From positions 135,354-199,353 of the forward strand of contig CAXHJY010000967.1 of NCBI GenBank assembly GCA_964016885.1: a DNA stretch of 64,000 nt. Direction: 5' to 3'. Position numbers and translations under genes: made by a program. Below are positions 1-13,608 of this stretch, one piece after another. The notes below the pieces were generated by a model that saw nothing but the letters and a program-made list of their open reading frames with translations, ran no database searches and had not been told where the DNA came from. Every line of letters begins with the position of its first letter. Positions within the stretch are counted from its first letter, which is position 1. This stretch comes from Eledone cirrhosa (taxonomy: Eukaryota).

Positions 1-659
1 ATGAATTAGTAGTAAAGATACATGATACATGATAAAACAATAGAAACATTTAAGAGATACACAGCACACATATGTACATATATAAATATATATGTAAATA
101 TAAAGATTTTGCATATATTATAATGAAGGTGACCAAGTAAATTCGGACAACATTTACATGATGCATTGTTATATGAGAGAAACAGAAAAGAAATTAGACA
201 TATATGTAAATATCATTTTCAAAGTTAAATACAATAACTTTGCATTATCAATTAAAAATGTGAGACAAAAAAATATGAAATAATAATTATTGAAGAAGTC
301 TGTTTGGTTAACAGTTACTCTAAGAATCTATTCCATCCAAAACAGCATACAGACAAGACAAGGCTAAAGAGAGATCTAAAGACAGAAGAGAGGAAGGAGT
401 ATTAGGAATATAGAAAACGGTCTTACAGGCATCTGCATATCCAAAAAATTTGAGAGGCCAATCCAAACCTGAAAATATTATTATGTCAAAACTAGAAAAC
501 TGGCAGCACTCACAATACAGCCCAGGTCATGTAATCTGAAGGAAAATACATTGGAGGCTAGCAAAACTTGTGTATGTTTGCTGTGTATTGTTTAAAATAT
601 TTGTAAATAACTCTTCAAAAAGTTAAAATATAAGGCAAACAATGAACTTCAAAGTTTCA

Positions 660-662
<3 letters not shown>

Positions 663-711
<49 letters not shown>

Positions 712-826
712 ATTATATATATATATATATATTATATATATATATATATTATATATATATATTATATATATATATATATATTATATATATATATATATAT
801 TATATATATATATTATATATTATATA

Positions 827-909
<83 letters not shown>
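663..909. repeat. Interrupted (TA)n microsatellite
   Basis: Direct inspection. Further (TA)n, (GA)n and (CA)n tracts at about 30014-30078, 31239-31287, 31405-31453 and 53966-54066. Confidence 0.95.
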
Positions 910-911
<2 letters not shown>

Positions 912-2223
912 CATACATCAACTGTATGCAAATAACAATGTCACAAACATAAATATATCATACAAACTAAAACATGTTTAAAGAATGATATAAGCAAAAA
1001 TGTAATGCAAAAAACAATCAATAAATGCAAAATAATAAAAAAAAAATTATGTGAATATATATATATATATATATATTTGATTCCTATTTCTGATATTTTA
1101 AGTGTATGTGTACTGAAGTGCTAAACCACAATTGCAATTTCATCAAAAATTAAGCAGACAAAAGTTTATTGCATTACAACTAAAATACATTTTACTGGTC
1201 TATCAAATTTCTATTAGTTTATACATTAAGTCTTTATATCTCTTGCAACAAAATGAAAATAAAAATTTTTCATTCATTATTCTCATTTTCTTTAATATTG
1301 TTTTTGCCTAAAAATATAATTATTCAGTTTCCACAACATAACTACATCTAAATTCTGCAGATATTTGAAAATACTTAATTTGATATTAACATTTATAAAC
1401 GAACTCCAGCAATACAGTGAATCAAATCTTTAACCAAAAGGCTTAGAGGAAAGCATCAATTTCAAGGTATGATTGAATTCAGTAGTCTAAATTTTGTGAA
1501 ATTTCAAAATGTTTACTAATACTAGAAAGAGGGGAAGAAAAAGAGAGATAAAGATTATAGTTAAGATAATTCTAAGATGAAATCTACATTACATCTACTT
1601 ATTAATAGAGAAGCATTTTAAAATAATTATTTTAACATCTTAGATAAATGATTAGCTTGGTATGAACTAGCTACAGAAGCAACATGTGGCCATTTTATAT
1701 TAACTAAAAAATGAATGCAGAAGGAATGGCCTAACAGGTAAAAGAATAATGGAATGCTTTGTGAGATGTACTTTGAAGTTTGTTTCTATGTTTAAATTTT
1801 GCTTTGACCAATGTTGCCTGTCAATGAATTCCTAAAACAAGATGTGCTTCTAATAAATCAAGCTCTATCTCTTCATAAAGGAGGGAGCACAGTCGTAAAA
1901 AATAAAATTGAGGGTGTGGCTTCAATATTGTTAATTCTATATCAATATTCTCTAAATAAGCATTAAAAATATTTGGAATATTTTTGGCAAAAATTACTGG
2001 AGCCTGTATTTCACTTATATCTAAAAATAATGTTTAAGCTCTCTATAATTATTTATGTGACAATATTCCCAAATCTAGTATTTATGTAAGAATTCTGTAA
2101 ATAACAACAAATAAAAGATTGTAATTATATCCCACCAAGTTTATCCTGGTTTTCTTTGTTTAAAAAGCACCAAGCAAATTTGTTTCTTATTATTTTTCTC
2201 AGATTAATTACGGTCATATTAAA

Positions 2224-2343
2224 CACATGGACCAACCTAGTGCAAACTAGACTTAATGTAACTTAATTTCAGTAAAATTTCATATTAAGCACATAGACCA
2301 TCTAAGTGCAAACTAGATTTAATGTAGTTTAATTTCAGTAAAT
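2224..2343. repeat. Diverged ~66-bp-period tandem duplication
   Basis: cacat(g/a)gacca..agtgcaaactaga..taatgta..ttaatttcagtaaa occurs twice. Confidence 0.8.
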
Positions 2344-4013
2344 AAAGTTAATATATATTTCAGAAATTTAGCAAAGACAAATATAATTTTGTTGCAGCCA
2401 CTATTATAGAATTAAGCCAGCCAACAATGGAACAACACTCAAAGGTTTGCAAAATAAAAAAAACATTTGAAGAAACAAATAAAAATAAATAAATAGATAA
2501 ATAAATAGCATACTTTAGTCAACAGTGGTACCTGACAATTTGAAAAAGCAGCAAGGTATTTGTATATGTGTAAGTTGAAACTTTGAAGCAATGACAGTAA
2601 AGTTTATTAGCGAAACAAGATATTCAGAACACATCAACTGAGAGGCTTTAAAGAATAAAAAAAAAAATAACAAGCCTATAAAGAATGAGAAACATTTAAT
2701 ATGAATTCTCTCTTCCAAAATCCAATAGTGTATCATTTTTGAAAGGTTGGTTTCAAGTATCTTAGGGCACAATACTTTGCAGGTATACAAAAAGAAGTCA
2801 GTTGAAGAAGTGAATTACACTGACTGAAGAAGCTGACTGATTGTAAGAAGTGTTATAGATGACATGACATTCTAGTAAATAAAACATATTTCAGAATAGC
2901 ATCAAGGACAGCTAGAAACAAGAACAACAAACATCAGCAAATATGTTCTAATCAATAGTTAAAACAATAATGATATTAAAATAAAAAGATAACTAAGCAA
3001 GTGCCATATAAAAATGGAAGCCACACAACACCTAAGATAACTATACTAAAAATACAAAGATGTTTAGTTTGGGGATTTTCTTTCCTCATATTTATTTTTA
3101 AGAAAGAATCTATGCCAATAGCTGTTTCATTTTTTATACGGCTAGGTCTGCAGTTTCATACAAATAGCCAAGTATGTAGTTTCATACAAATAGCCAAGTA
3201 TGTTTATGTTTTATTTAGTAATCATAACAAAGTTATATCCTATTAAACATTTCTAAATATCTGTAGCATTTCATTGTAAATGACTGCAAGGATAAAAAAT
3301 ATATAACCTGTTAAATATAGTGTATAAAAGAAAAATGATTACAGCAAATAGATTTTATAGGTTAGAAACAAGCTTTTATGAGCTACTGAATGCACTCAAA
3401 GGAAATAAAGAGGGGAAAAAAGACTGCATTATGATAATATGACTATCTTATAAAAACATCACATTAATCACATAATAGATCTACAAATTGTAGACCAATC
3501 TCTTATGACTATAAAGATATAAAAATATAAGTAATGAATAAACCCATTGAAATAAATCTAGAAATGAATTTTCTCATACTGACACCATTCATTACTGGAT
3601 ATAATTTGTTGAGAATTTTTTCAAAGAATGTTTAGACTCTTCAACTTATTTATTATACTATTCTTTACATTGCATTTGTATGATCTTTCTGCTTTTCTAG
3701 TAAATTCAAGGTTAATTGGCCAAGGCAACCCTGTTTTGTTTGACATATATATATGAAGTAAAATGCAAAGTAGACAGGTGTAGATAAGAAATATTAATTA
3801 TAGATACAGTTACTATTGGTATATGTAGTATCAAAACTATTCAAACTATTTATTGACAGATAAGAAATTCTACATCTGTTTATTCCTCTCTAAGCACAGG
3901 CATGGCTGTGTGGTTAAGAAGTTCATTTTAGGACCACACTGGGAGGCACCTTGAGCAAATGCCTTCTACTATAGCTCTGAACAGACCAATGCACACACAC
4001 ACATATATATATG

Positions 4014-4131
4014 TGAAAAATTCGGGACCCCCAACGGCTGAGCTCCTGCCGTTTCAACAGCTAGATCTGAACATTCAGATCTAGCTGTTGAAATAGCAGA
4101 AGCTCAGCCGTTGGGGGTCCCGAATTTTTCA
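4014..4131. repeat. Fold-back palindrome, 58-bp arms with a 2-nt spacer
   Basis: tgaaaaattcgggacccccaacggctgagct...ctagatctgaa-ca-ttcagatctag...gggggtcccgaatttttca, with 3 mismatches. Confidence 0.95.
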
Positions 4132-5063
4132 TATTACCCACTTTACTACCCCAAGTATCGAGTACTCTGTTTAATATAGAAATGGCTTTTACAGGACTAG
4201 AACTGTTTCATTCAAAAGAAATCATCATGATGTTTACAATCTACTAATGTATTGAGTACCTTACTAACTGTGGTTACCTCCAATTGTACCCGACACACAC
4301 ACATACATATATAAATGTCTGTTTCAGTATTAACTGAATTTAGTTGTTCTTGTTTTACTAATGTTAATTGAAATATATCTCACTCCTTAAAGCCAACAAA
4401 TAACCCTGTCTAACTTCCACTGCTATATGATTATAATAAGAAGTCTATAATAAGATGTGCCTCACCCACATGTATCAACATTCACATGTTTTCACTTACT
4501 GCTTCAAAGATTTGAGATCTTGTAACATGTAATTTATATGAATTTGTTACTAACATTGCTGTCAGAAACATTGTAGTTTAGCACAGCCAGGCTACAAAAT
4601 TACAAAAGTGACACCTCTGAAAGATTAAAACACTTTCATGTATAGATTTCTTAAATTCTTTTTCCACTTAAACACTTGACTTTATAACTATCGCTACCAT
4701 AAATGAAATGATAGTTAGTGTATACATTTATGTATGTATCCACTCAAGCATAATTAAAAATTTTGTACTTTATAGTTTGTCTATACTAATGTCATTGTGT
4801 ATATATATGTATGTTTTAGTATTAGCACTTAACATCCTGTAATGGTTAAACAGAAAATATCTAACAGGTTTATCAATTCAAATGTTAATATTATCTTTAC
4901 TACTGAACAGATCGTTGTGAAAATTTGCTGTATAAGAGTAAAGATTACAATTGTTAATGTGATGCAGTTGTAGTGCTGTTTTATACTTTTCAAGAATGTC
5001 TTGCTAATGCAGTTTTATGTAGGGCAGGACATTAACTCAAATTAGTAATTATTATATTACTTA

Positions 5064-5255
5064 GGACGGTGGAGTGGCAGTATCGGTAGAGGGTCGGACG
5101 CCATGCTTTGCAGCAAAGAGTTAAGGTCCTTTATGGTCCGAGTTCAAATCCCGCCGAGGTTAACTTTGCCTTTCATCCTTACGGGGTCGATAAAATAAAG
5201 TACCAGTAATATACTGGGATAATTGCTGGCCTTGTGCCAGAAGTAGAAACAATTA
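5064..5255 (+). mobile_element. tRNA-derived SINE family 1 with a Meta/Sauria-like core, full length with TSD
   Basis: A-box tggcagtatcgg, B-box gttcaaatc and core gcctttcatccttacggggtcgataaaataaagtaccag; flanked by attatattactta. Other copies at about 23774-23964(+), 24245-24418(+), 30574-30761(-), 30860-30975(-), 60254-60404(-) and 60872-61045(+), plus fragments. Confidence 0.9.
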
Positions 5256-6831
5256 TATTACTTATGATAATTAAAATATCTCTCACTCCTTAAAGTCAGC
5301 AATTATTCTCTGCTGGCTTCAATCCCTAAAACATAGATACAGCAAGTCAAATAATGCTTGTTTTAGTATAAACTTAACTTGGCATTTATTGTTTTATTCA
5401 TAATAATTTAAATACCTCTCGTTTTAAACCCAGCAAATGACCCCTAAACGAGTTTACATTGCCATACCCCCCCCCCCCCCCCATCCTATCGCTCCCACCC
5501 CCCCTACACAGTAAAGGCATATTTTTATAAGCTCTTTTGGCAAGGCTAGTAATATTTAGACAGCCCCCTCCATTATTGTTATATGCTCTACTTATATATA
5601 CATACATCTATGTATATGCATTTATATGTGCATATATCTCTTGACACTCTTGTAAGCTTGATCCCTACTGCCTAATCTTAGGGCCAATAGACGATCCTAG
5701 AGAAACATTCCTCTCATTATCCTTTAGGTTAAGATAGATTACTTAGAGATCAGTGAGTAGCTTTGGCAAACTAAAATAATAATATATTATATGAAAATGT
5801 CTAACACGTGTGAGAGCTCCATAACCCACATAAATTAATCACACAAACCCCCCTCCTTCCTCCTTTCAGGTTCAGAAAGAAGAAGACTACCTCGATGATA
5901 AATGACAGTAAGTTTATCATGGCTGGCACCGGAAAGGTGTTGCAGGAAGATGAAGTTGACAATCTGCAACAAAATGTAAGGCCTGCAGTAGTGCCATGTT
6001 AGAGGTGGATGCAGCGTGTGTTTGCAACTCCACCAATCCACCACTAGCACAGTCTTCCTCTTTCTTTCAACACCAAGTACTTGGTGTTATAGGCCTGCAT
6101 GGCTTACTGACAATTGGCATTCTTATTTGGTTGCCAAAATATTTTACATGTTGTTGAGCTATGAACTGAATAATAGGCATGATATCAACCATCTGCCTGA
6201 TATCTTTGTTTCTGACCTGGTTGCTTCTTGTTTTACCAGCAGTTCACGAAAGACATCTCATATCACAGATTGTGTGTTTTATAAATTTAGTTATTGTAAA
6301 TTCATTATGTATTAAACATACTCTTAACTTTTACATGCATAGTCAGTTAAGTTATGATACTAAATTTACTTTACAGAGAAGCAGGCTACACTAAGGAATA
6401 GACCTCCATTAGTTTAAATGAGTGTTCCAGTTGTTTGATTAAAGGATCAGTCTGCACCTGAAAACGTACCCTTAATGTAATTTTCAGGAAAATTCAGTGT
6501 GACAATGTGTGATACGGTTAGCCCTTTCAATTACATGTACACCACATTCAATGTACTTCCAAACAGTTTCCATCTACCCAATTTCCCTCACAAGGCTTAG
6601 ACAGACACTTGCCCAAGATGCCATGTAGTAGGATTGATCACTAGACCTAATGATTATGAAGTCAACTCCTTAACTATTTAGCCATGCTGTGGCTCTAGTA
6701 CAAGATGAAGTTGGACAGTGAAACATCAGTCCACAACCAACCTAAAGTGTTTCTTTAGTGTTATCTTTTTCTTTATAAATCACTAAATTTTCTAATTTAG
6801 ATTGATTTCACATTTTCTACATTATATATAA

Positions 6832-7039
6832 CCCTTTAGCATTTACATTACACTATATCTACTATTGTATTTTCATGGTAAAGGCTTTACCTCACATAAT
6901 ATCGCTTCTATGATATTTTGATGTTATTTATTTTGAGAACAATACCTTAACATCAGTATGAGTGGCTGGTTACAGCCGGTTTGAACAGAAAGAAGTGAGA
7001 TAATTCTGGCCGGAAATGGCCAGTTTAAATGCTAAAGGG
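6832..7039. mobile_element. piggyBac-like MITE, family A, opposite orientation
   Basis: ATAA-ccctttagcattta ... taaatgctaaaggg-ATAA. The interior is the reverse complement of the 49607 copy. Confidence 0.8.
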
Positions 7040-10000
7040 ATAAACATTGCATACAATAATTTAAATGTATGACATTCATTTATTAAATTGATGTCCAAGT
7101 ATGTTGCTGAAACTCCAGAATATTTATCACAATTGTCATACTTTTAACTACACCAGTTTGTTAACAATTCTTTGGAGAAATACAAAAAATGTATAATTAA
7201 TCTAACAGTAATTTCATAACGCCCATTATGATTTTATTCATTATGTTGCTGATAAAGACTGAACATCAATGCTGGTAATCTGAAGTGGTCACTAGAGCAA
7301 ACAATCCCAGTCATGTTCATACCAAGTACTTTTACAATCTTTGATAGACCTAACTGCTTCAGCATCATCATTTTACATCCATTTTCCATGCTGGCATCAG
7401 TTGGACAAGTCATCACAATTCAAGATTAGACTAGTGGAAGAACCACGTCTTGTTAATATATTCCATATTTGGTTTGGTCTCTACAGGTGAACATCAATCA
7501 CTTTGCAGAGTTTACTGGATGCATTTTATCATGACACCAGCACTAAAACATTACGGAATGCACTGGGTGCACATTATCATGTCACCAACATGAGAGAGTT
7601 GTCAAGTACGTCAAGATTGAAGAGTTCTCCCTATGCTATATTATCTCTGCTCAATTGTCAATGAGTGTACTGGGTGCATTTTATCATGGTATCAACACTA
7701 AAGAGTCCCCTCAATACTATGTTTCTCAGTTTGTTCATCCTCCACTTTACACAGGATATTGAGTGTGTTCCATTCTGAAACCAAAACTAGAGAAGCTATC
7801 TCAAACACTGCAAACTGAAAGGGATGACCTATTCATTCCATGCAGTCTCTGATCTCTCTTTATATGTACTTTTAGCAACAGAAAGAAATATAGGACCAGT
7901 GGTCACTGATAATATATTATCTATCTTATATTATCACGATTAACTCTTAATGTCCTGTACTGCATGAAACTACATTAGCAAGACATTATGCAGATCATAA
8001 AATAGCACTGTGACTGTATCACATTAAAAATCTATGTCTTTATTTAGTATAATTCAGCAAAGTTTCACACAATCTGTTCATTACCAAAGATGCTACAAGC
8101 ACTTGAATTATCAAAACCTGTTCTTTGACATTTTCTGCTAAATCCTTAGAGAATGTTAAGAAGTAATACACTGGTTTTATCTTCTTAGAAGTACATCACT
8201 TTTACCTTCATAAGTGATAAGAATAACATTACTCATAAAAAGTAATAAATACAGCTCCTTCACTGAAAAATATAAACAGGCATGACTAGGAGATTAAGAG
8301 ATTTGTTTCAGAACCATCTATTAGCTAACCTCAGGTTAATTAATATCTTATGAGTAGAATTTGGTAAACAGAAAGTGATCGTAAGCTTGTTTTGTACTTA
8401 TGTATCTTTATCATCCTCATCAACATTTAACATCTGCTTTCCCTGCTTTGCTATCAAGAGTTGCATTTTATCACAGCACCAACACTAGGAAGGTTGTTAT
8501 ATCTCTCAACCCTTTGTTTGGAAAATTTTCTACGGCTGGATACCCTTCCTATCCCCCAGCCACTTTACAGAGTGTATTGGATGTGTTTTATCATAACCAC
8601 ACCAAAATTAGAGAGATTGTCATACACTTGACACAACAAAAGAGTCCTTTCATTGCTTTTTGGCATAGTTTCTACAGCTCAGTGCCATTCCTATTACCAA
8701 CCATTTTACAAGATGTACTAGTTGCATTTTTTATGGCAATATAGAAATTGCTGTGTGGTGACTGAAATGTACTCTCTATACTATAGGGAGGATATGATGG
8801 GGTGTGTAGGGAAATAGGATAGTGGAAGTAAGAAGGATAATAGGTATATGTCATAGGTATATGACAGGTGTTGTGGGATTCAAATGGGGATTGATGTGGA
8901 GAAAAGAGTGATAAAGTATTCTACTGGCTGATGACAAGTATGGTGGGGAGTAGGAAGGGTAGTACTCTGATGAATGCATCAGTTACTAAGGAGTTTATGA
9001 CTGGTTAAGATTTCAATATGGTAGGTTGGGGGGAGATCCTTGGAGGGAGGTATGATAGTGAAAACAGTTATTAAGAACCGGTGATTGACATGTATGTATG
9101 TTTGAATGTGTATATCTTTCACCAGTGTATATTGACAAAGGATATAAACACAGCAAGAAATGCAATGTTTACAAATTAAATTCCTTGAGATATTTGTTTC
9201 ATACTGAATAATAGACACTCCCTTGCCACTCTCACTGTCAAAAATGCAGTGAATCAGAGATGTACTTATTGGAAACCAATAACTAATGATGCTGTAGTTT
9301 ACAAATTATAATATCAAAAAGAAAAATTAATCTAAGAATCATAAAAAACTGAAGATGATGATGAGAATTTATATTCTAAAATATAATTAAAATTATTAAT
9401 TTCTATAATAAATAAAAAAGAAACAAAATGAACGTAGAAGTTTAAAAAAACTCAAATCATAGCCAATGAAAAAAATTAATTGAAAAATTGTTTAACTTTG
9501 AAACACACTAAATATACTAACTAAATGTAAAGAAACAAAATAATTCTCTCTTTTCCATTGAAGAGAAATTGACTGTAAAACCAAACCGAGCTAAATAGCT
9601 ATCTAATAATGTAATATAATAATATATAAATAACACTGCTGCAAATTTTACAATAAAGTTATTTCTCTGGGAAACCTTTGTTTCATGCTGCCTGCTCCTT
9701 TCGAAAAGATTGTGCCAAGAAAATATACATTTACTGCAGTGGATTACAAGAACATACCAATTCATCAAAAACATTTCACGGAGAAATGGAATGAATTTAC
9801 AGTGAAGAAAATAAATAAAAATAACCCTAAGAATTGGAACTCAAAGAAAAAAATAATCACAACCCCATAATTTTGAGAGTTGTTTTGATCAAAAAGTAAT
9901 TAACTCAACAGACATGATAGAAATTTTCTTTTTTCATCTAAAAATGCAATAAATATTTAAAGTTAAGAATTAGAAAATGAAAAAAAAAAAAAGATTACAA

Positions 10001-11345
10001 AAAGTATAGAAATATAGAATAGTAAAAGAATGATAATGCTTCAATATATTCGTCTAACAAGCAACATTTAAAAAAAAAAACTTTTATGAAATATTTTCGA
10101 ATTTTAAAGGGAGCATGTACATTTGTGTACAGAAATTTGATATAAATTGAAATAGCTCTAAACAGTCATGATTTACATAATGAATCATATACAAATGCAA
10201 TAACTGACACATGAAGATTAACAAAACATAAAGAGATCAATTGAGGACAAGGACTAAACAATGCCATGCTAGAGAAAATAAATACTCTAAGTAGGAAATA
10301 ATATACAAGCAAAGCATATTCTAGACACAAGGACATCTGGAATTAAGGCAGCAAAATAAAAATAAGTTCAAAGAAAATATATCAAAGGAGATTGATATCA
10401 TGGACATTGTATGTATGTGCAGCCTAATGGTTGGAGAAAAATGTTTCCAATAACAAACGAAGCAATCCGATCTTAATTAACAACTGAACATTCTAGTAAG
10501 TTGTTAAGTAATAAACCACCTATCAACAGGTGAAACACGAAAAAACTATATATACATCAAAACTGAAGAAGATATGAACACCAGATAGTCATCATTTTTA
10601 CCTAACAATAACTGAAAAATTTTCAGCAGAAATAAAACTGTCATACAAGGCATTATAACAAATAGCTTTTCAATTTATTGAAATTTCATTTGAAGTATTT
10701 TTTAAAGAGCTAATTTTCTTTTTCTCCCTCCACTCTCTCATGCACACATTCACACTCCCTTAATAATAATAATAGCAATATTCTATTCTATTCAACTACG
10801 TATTTTTTGTGGGTTTAAAAAAATGCTTATTCCAATGAACTGCATCTCCTACAATTAAAAACTTACTAACTAAATCTGAACAGACTAGCAAATGCAATGA
10901 TCTGAATACAAGTTCAATTTCCTATTAAACATATATGAAAATAGTAAATTCTGACATACAACATATATATCATCTACCAACAAAATTTACTAATGAAAAT
11001 TTCATATAACTAAATCTATAAGTAAATAATCAGCATTTAACATTATTCTCTAGTTAATTTATTCTTTTAATGAGAAGCCATGATGTAAAGTAATTACCCT
11101 AACCACTTCTATAATATTTGATATAACTACTTCAAAAGTACTTACTATTTTCTGTAAAAGTTTTATAAGGACAGTGTGATATATAAGATATTTAGTAGTT
11201 GATTTTAAATCAAAAAACTAATTGTTTCAATTCTGCTTTCATTTGAATTTTAGACCCAATTAAATAAAATAATATTTTATTTGGTATTTTTGTAAATGTT
11301 AATAATACAACTAATTTGACATGGTAAAGTATATTTGGAATGAAG

Positions 11346-13608
11346 TCATCATCATCATCAACGTTTAACGTCCGTGTTCCACGCTTGCATGGGTTTGGAC
11401 GGGGGTAGTCCACTTGAGGCAAGAGTGATTGTCTTGCTCGCATAGGACTGTCTGGCAGGTTTTCTACAGTTGGATGCCCTTCCTAACACCAACCACATTT
11501 ACAGTGTGGGTCTGGGAGGTTTTTACCGTGTTGCCTACACGGCCACATTACAGCGTGGACTGTGTGTTTTTTTGTCGTGGCACCTACACGACCTCATTTG
11601 TTTTGGCCTGGATGGTGTGGCACCAACATAACTTTACATAGAACGGGGTGGTGTGGATGGGGTGGTGGTGGTGGTGGGACGGGGGGGGGGTATTTTGTTA
11701 GAGATGCCTACTGGCTGTAGTAGGTTTTACTATGTATTTAGGTAAGGCGGGTCTTCTCTGTTACTGAGTACCGCCAAAGGTCTCGGTCCAGTGACATTGT
11801 CTTGGAGAGGTGTAAGTGTGTGAGGTCGGAGTTTATCAGCTCGTCCCAGGTTTTTCTAGGTCTGCCTATTCCGTGGCTACCGTCTATCTTTATTGCCCTG
11901 CACTTTGTTATACAGCTATCGACTTTCATGCGCATCACGTGTCCATACCAACGTAGCCTTCTCTCGAGTAAACAACATCTGATCCCTCTTATTTCTAATT
12001 TTTTCCTTAGTTCGTTTATGCTTTGCCGTTCACGTATATTACTGTTACACATCCAGCGGAGCATGCAAGCTTCGTTCCTCTCTAGTCTGCGTATATCTTC
12101 TGCACACAATGCCCAGGTCTCACTGCCATGCAACATTGCTGTTCGTATGCAGGCATCGTACAACCTGCCTTTCATTTTTAGGGAGAACCCTTTAGCAGCT
12201 AATAGTGGTATAAGCTCTCTGAACTTTTTCCAACCAGTTCTGACTCTAGCTACTGTACTTTCAGAGCACCCTCCCCCACTGCTGATTTTATCACCCAGGT
12301 AACGGAAGCTGTCCACTATTTCTATAGAACCCTCTGCGCAATTGAAAGAGCTAGTATTTTGTGGGCACTTGCTGCTACTTACTGCACCAGAGCACCGGCC
12401 ACATGTAAAATCTATGTTCTTAGTTAGCTTACCTGTGATCCCACTACATCTTTTATGCACCCATACTTTGCATTTAGGACATAAAATGGAGTTTCTACCT
12501 ACGCCTTTCCTACACACCGAGCACGACCATTTCCCAGAAGGGACCGCTGCCTTATTTTCTTTCCTACAAACTAGAACTTTAGTCTTAGCCAGGTTAATTT
12601 TAAGTCCTTTTGATTCTAGGCCGTGCTTCCATGTTTGGAATTTCTTCTTTAGCTCGGCCATTGATTCCGCTATGAGTGTCAGGTCGTCTGCGTATAGGAG
12701 TTCCCATGGGCAGCCGGTCTTGAACTCCTCTGTTATAGCCTGAAGGGCAATAATAAATAGTAGGGGGCTGAGAACAGAGCCCTGATGGACGCCAACTTTT
12801 ACGCTAAACTCTTCACTATATTCGTTGTTAATTCTAACCTTGCTGACTGTTTCTTTATACATGGCTTGTATAGCTCTCACAAGCCATTCGTCAACGCCTA
12901 GTTTTCTAAGAGCCCACCAGATAATGGAGCGGGGGACTCTGTCGAAGGCTTTCTCCAAGTCGACAAAAGCTAAGTAGAGGGGTTTACCTTTAGCTAGGTA
13001 CTTCTCCTGTAGTTGTCGTACAATGAAAAGAGCGTCTGTGGTACTTTTGCCTGACACAAACCCGAACTGCATTTCATCTAGGTGAATTCTCTCTCTGATT
13101 AGTTGTGCTATTACTTTTTCCGTGACCTTCATGACCTGGTCGGTTAAATTAATGCCTCTATAGTTACTCCTATCTAGGGTGTCTCCTTTACCCTTATAAC
13201 AGTTAACGATGATGCTGCTATGCCAGTCCTTCGGAACAACCCCATTCTGTACGACTTGGTTAACTATGCGGGTGACCATGGTGTGTCCCACCGTGCCAGA
13301 TGCCTTCAGCATCTCAGCAACTATTTCCGAAGGCCCAGCCGCCTTACCCGTCTTCATATCCTTGATTGCCTTACTTATTATACTCCCCTCGACTAACACT
13401 GCTGGTCCCTCTATTGGGTCGATATGGGGGAGACTGTCTTTCTCCCATTTATTCTCCTCATTTAGTAGCCTTTCATAGAGACACTTCCAAGCTACCTTCT
13501 TATCAGCGTCGGTGATGGCAAGTATGCCGTCATCGTTAAGTACACACTTCTCCCCGACAATATCACGGTTTTCCTTGACGCATTGCCTAGCAATCCTGAA
13601 ACACCAAT
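11346..13608 (-). mobile_element. RTE-clade non-LTR retrotransposon, 5'-truncated (endonuclease missing), with 3'UTR and (GAT)n tail
   Basis: Contains an uninterrupted RT ORF. The 3'UTR ends in ...GGACGTTAAACGTT-(GAT)n, a terminus shared with many shorter copies in the window. Confidence 0.92.

Noticed and set aside
642-935. YI-repeat ORFs
   Set aside because: (TA)n microsatellite artefact.
5064-5160. tRNA-like A and B boxes
   Set aside because: These are SINE heads present in many copies and do not form a full cloverleaf; not tRNA genes.
5850-5915. Plus-strand exon-like signal (ctttcag|...|gtaagt)
   Set aside because: Isolated, 38 nt, antisense to the host gene, and with no partner exons.
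11802-12743. Plus-strand ORFs of 166 and 133 aa (and similar ones at 55240-56317 and 62429-62884)
   Set aside because: Antisense shadows of RTE ORF2.
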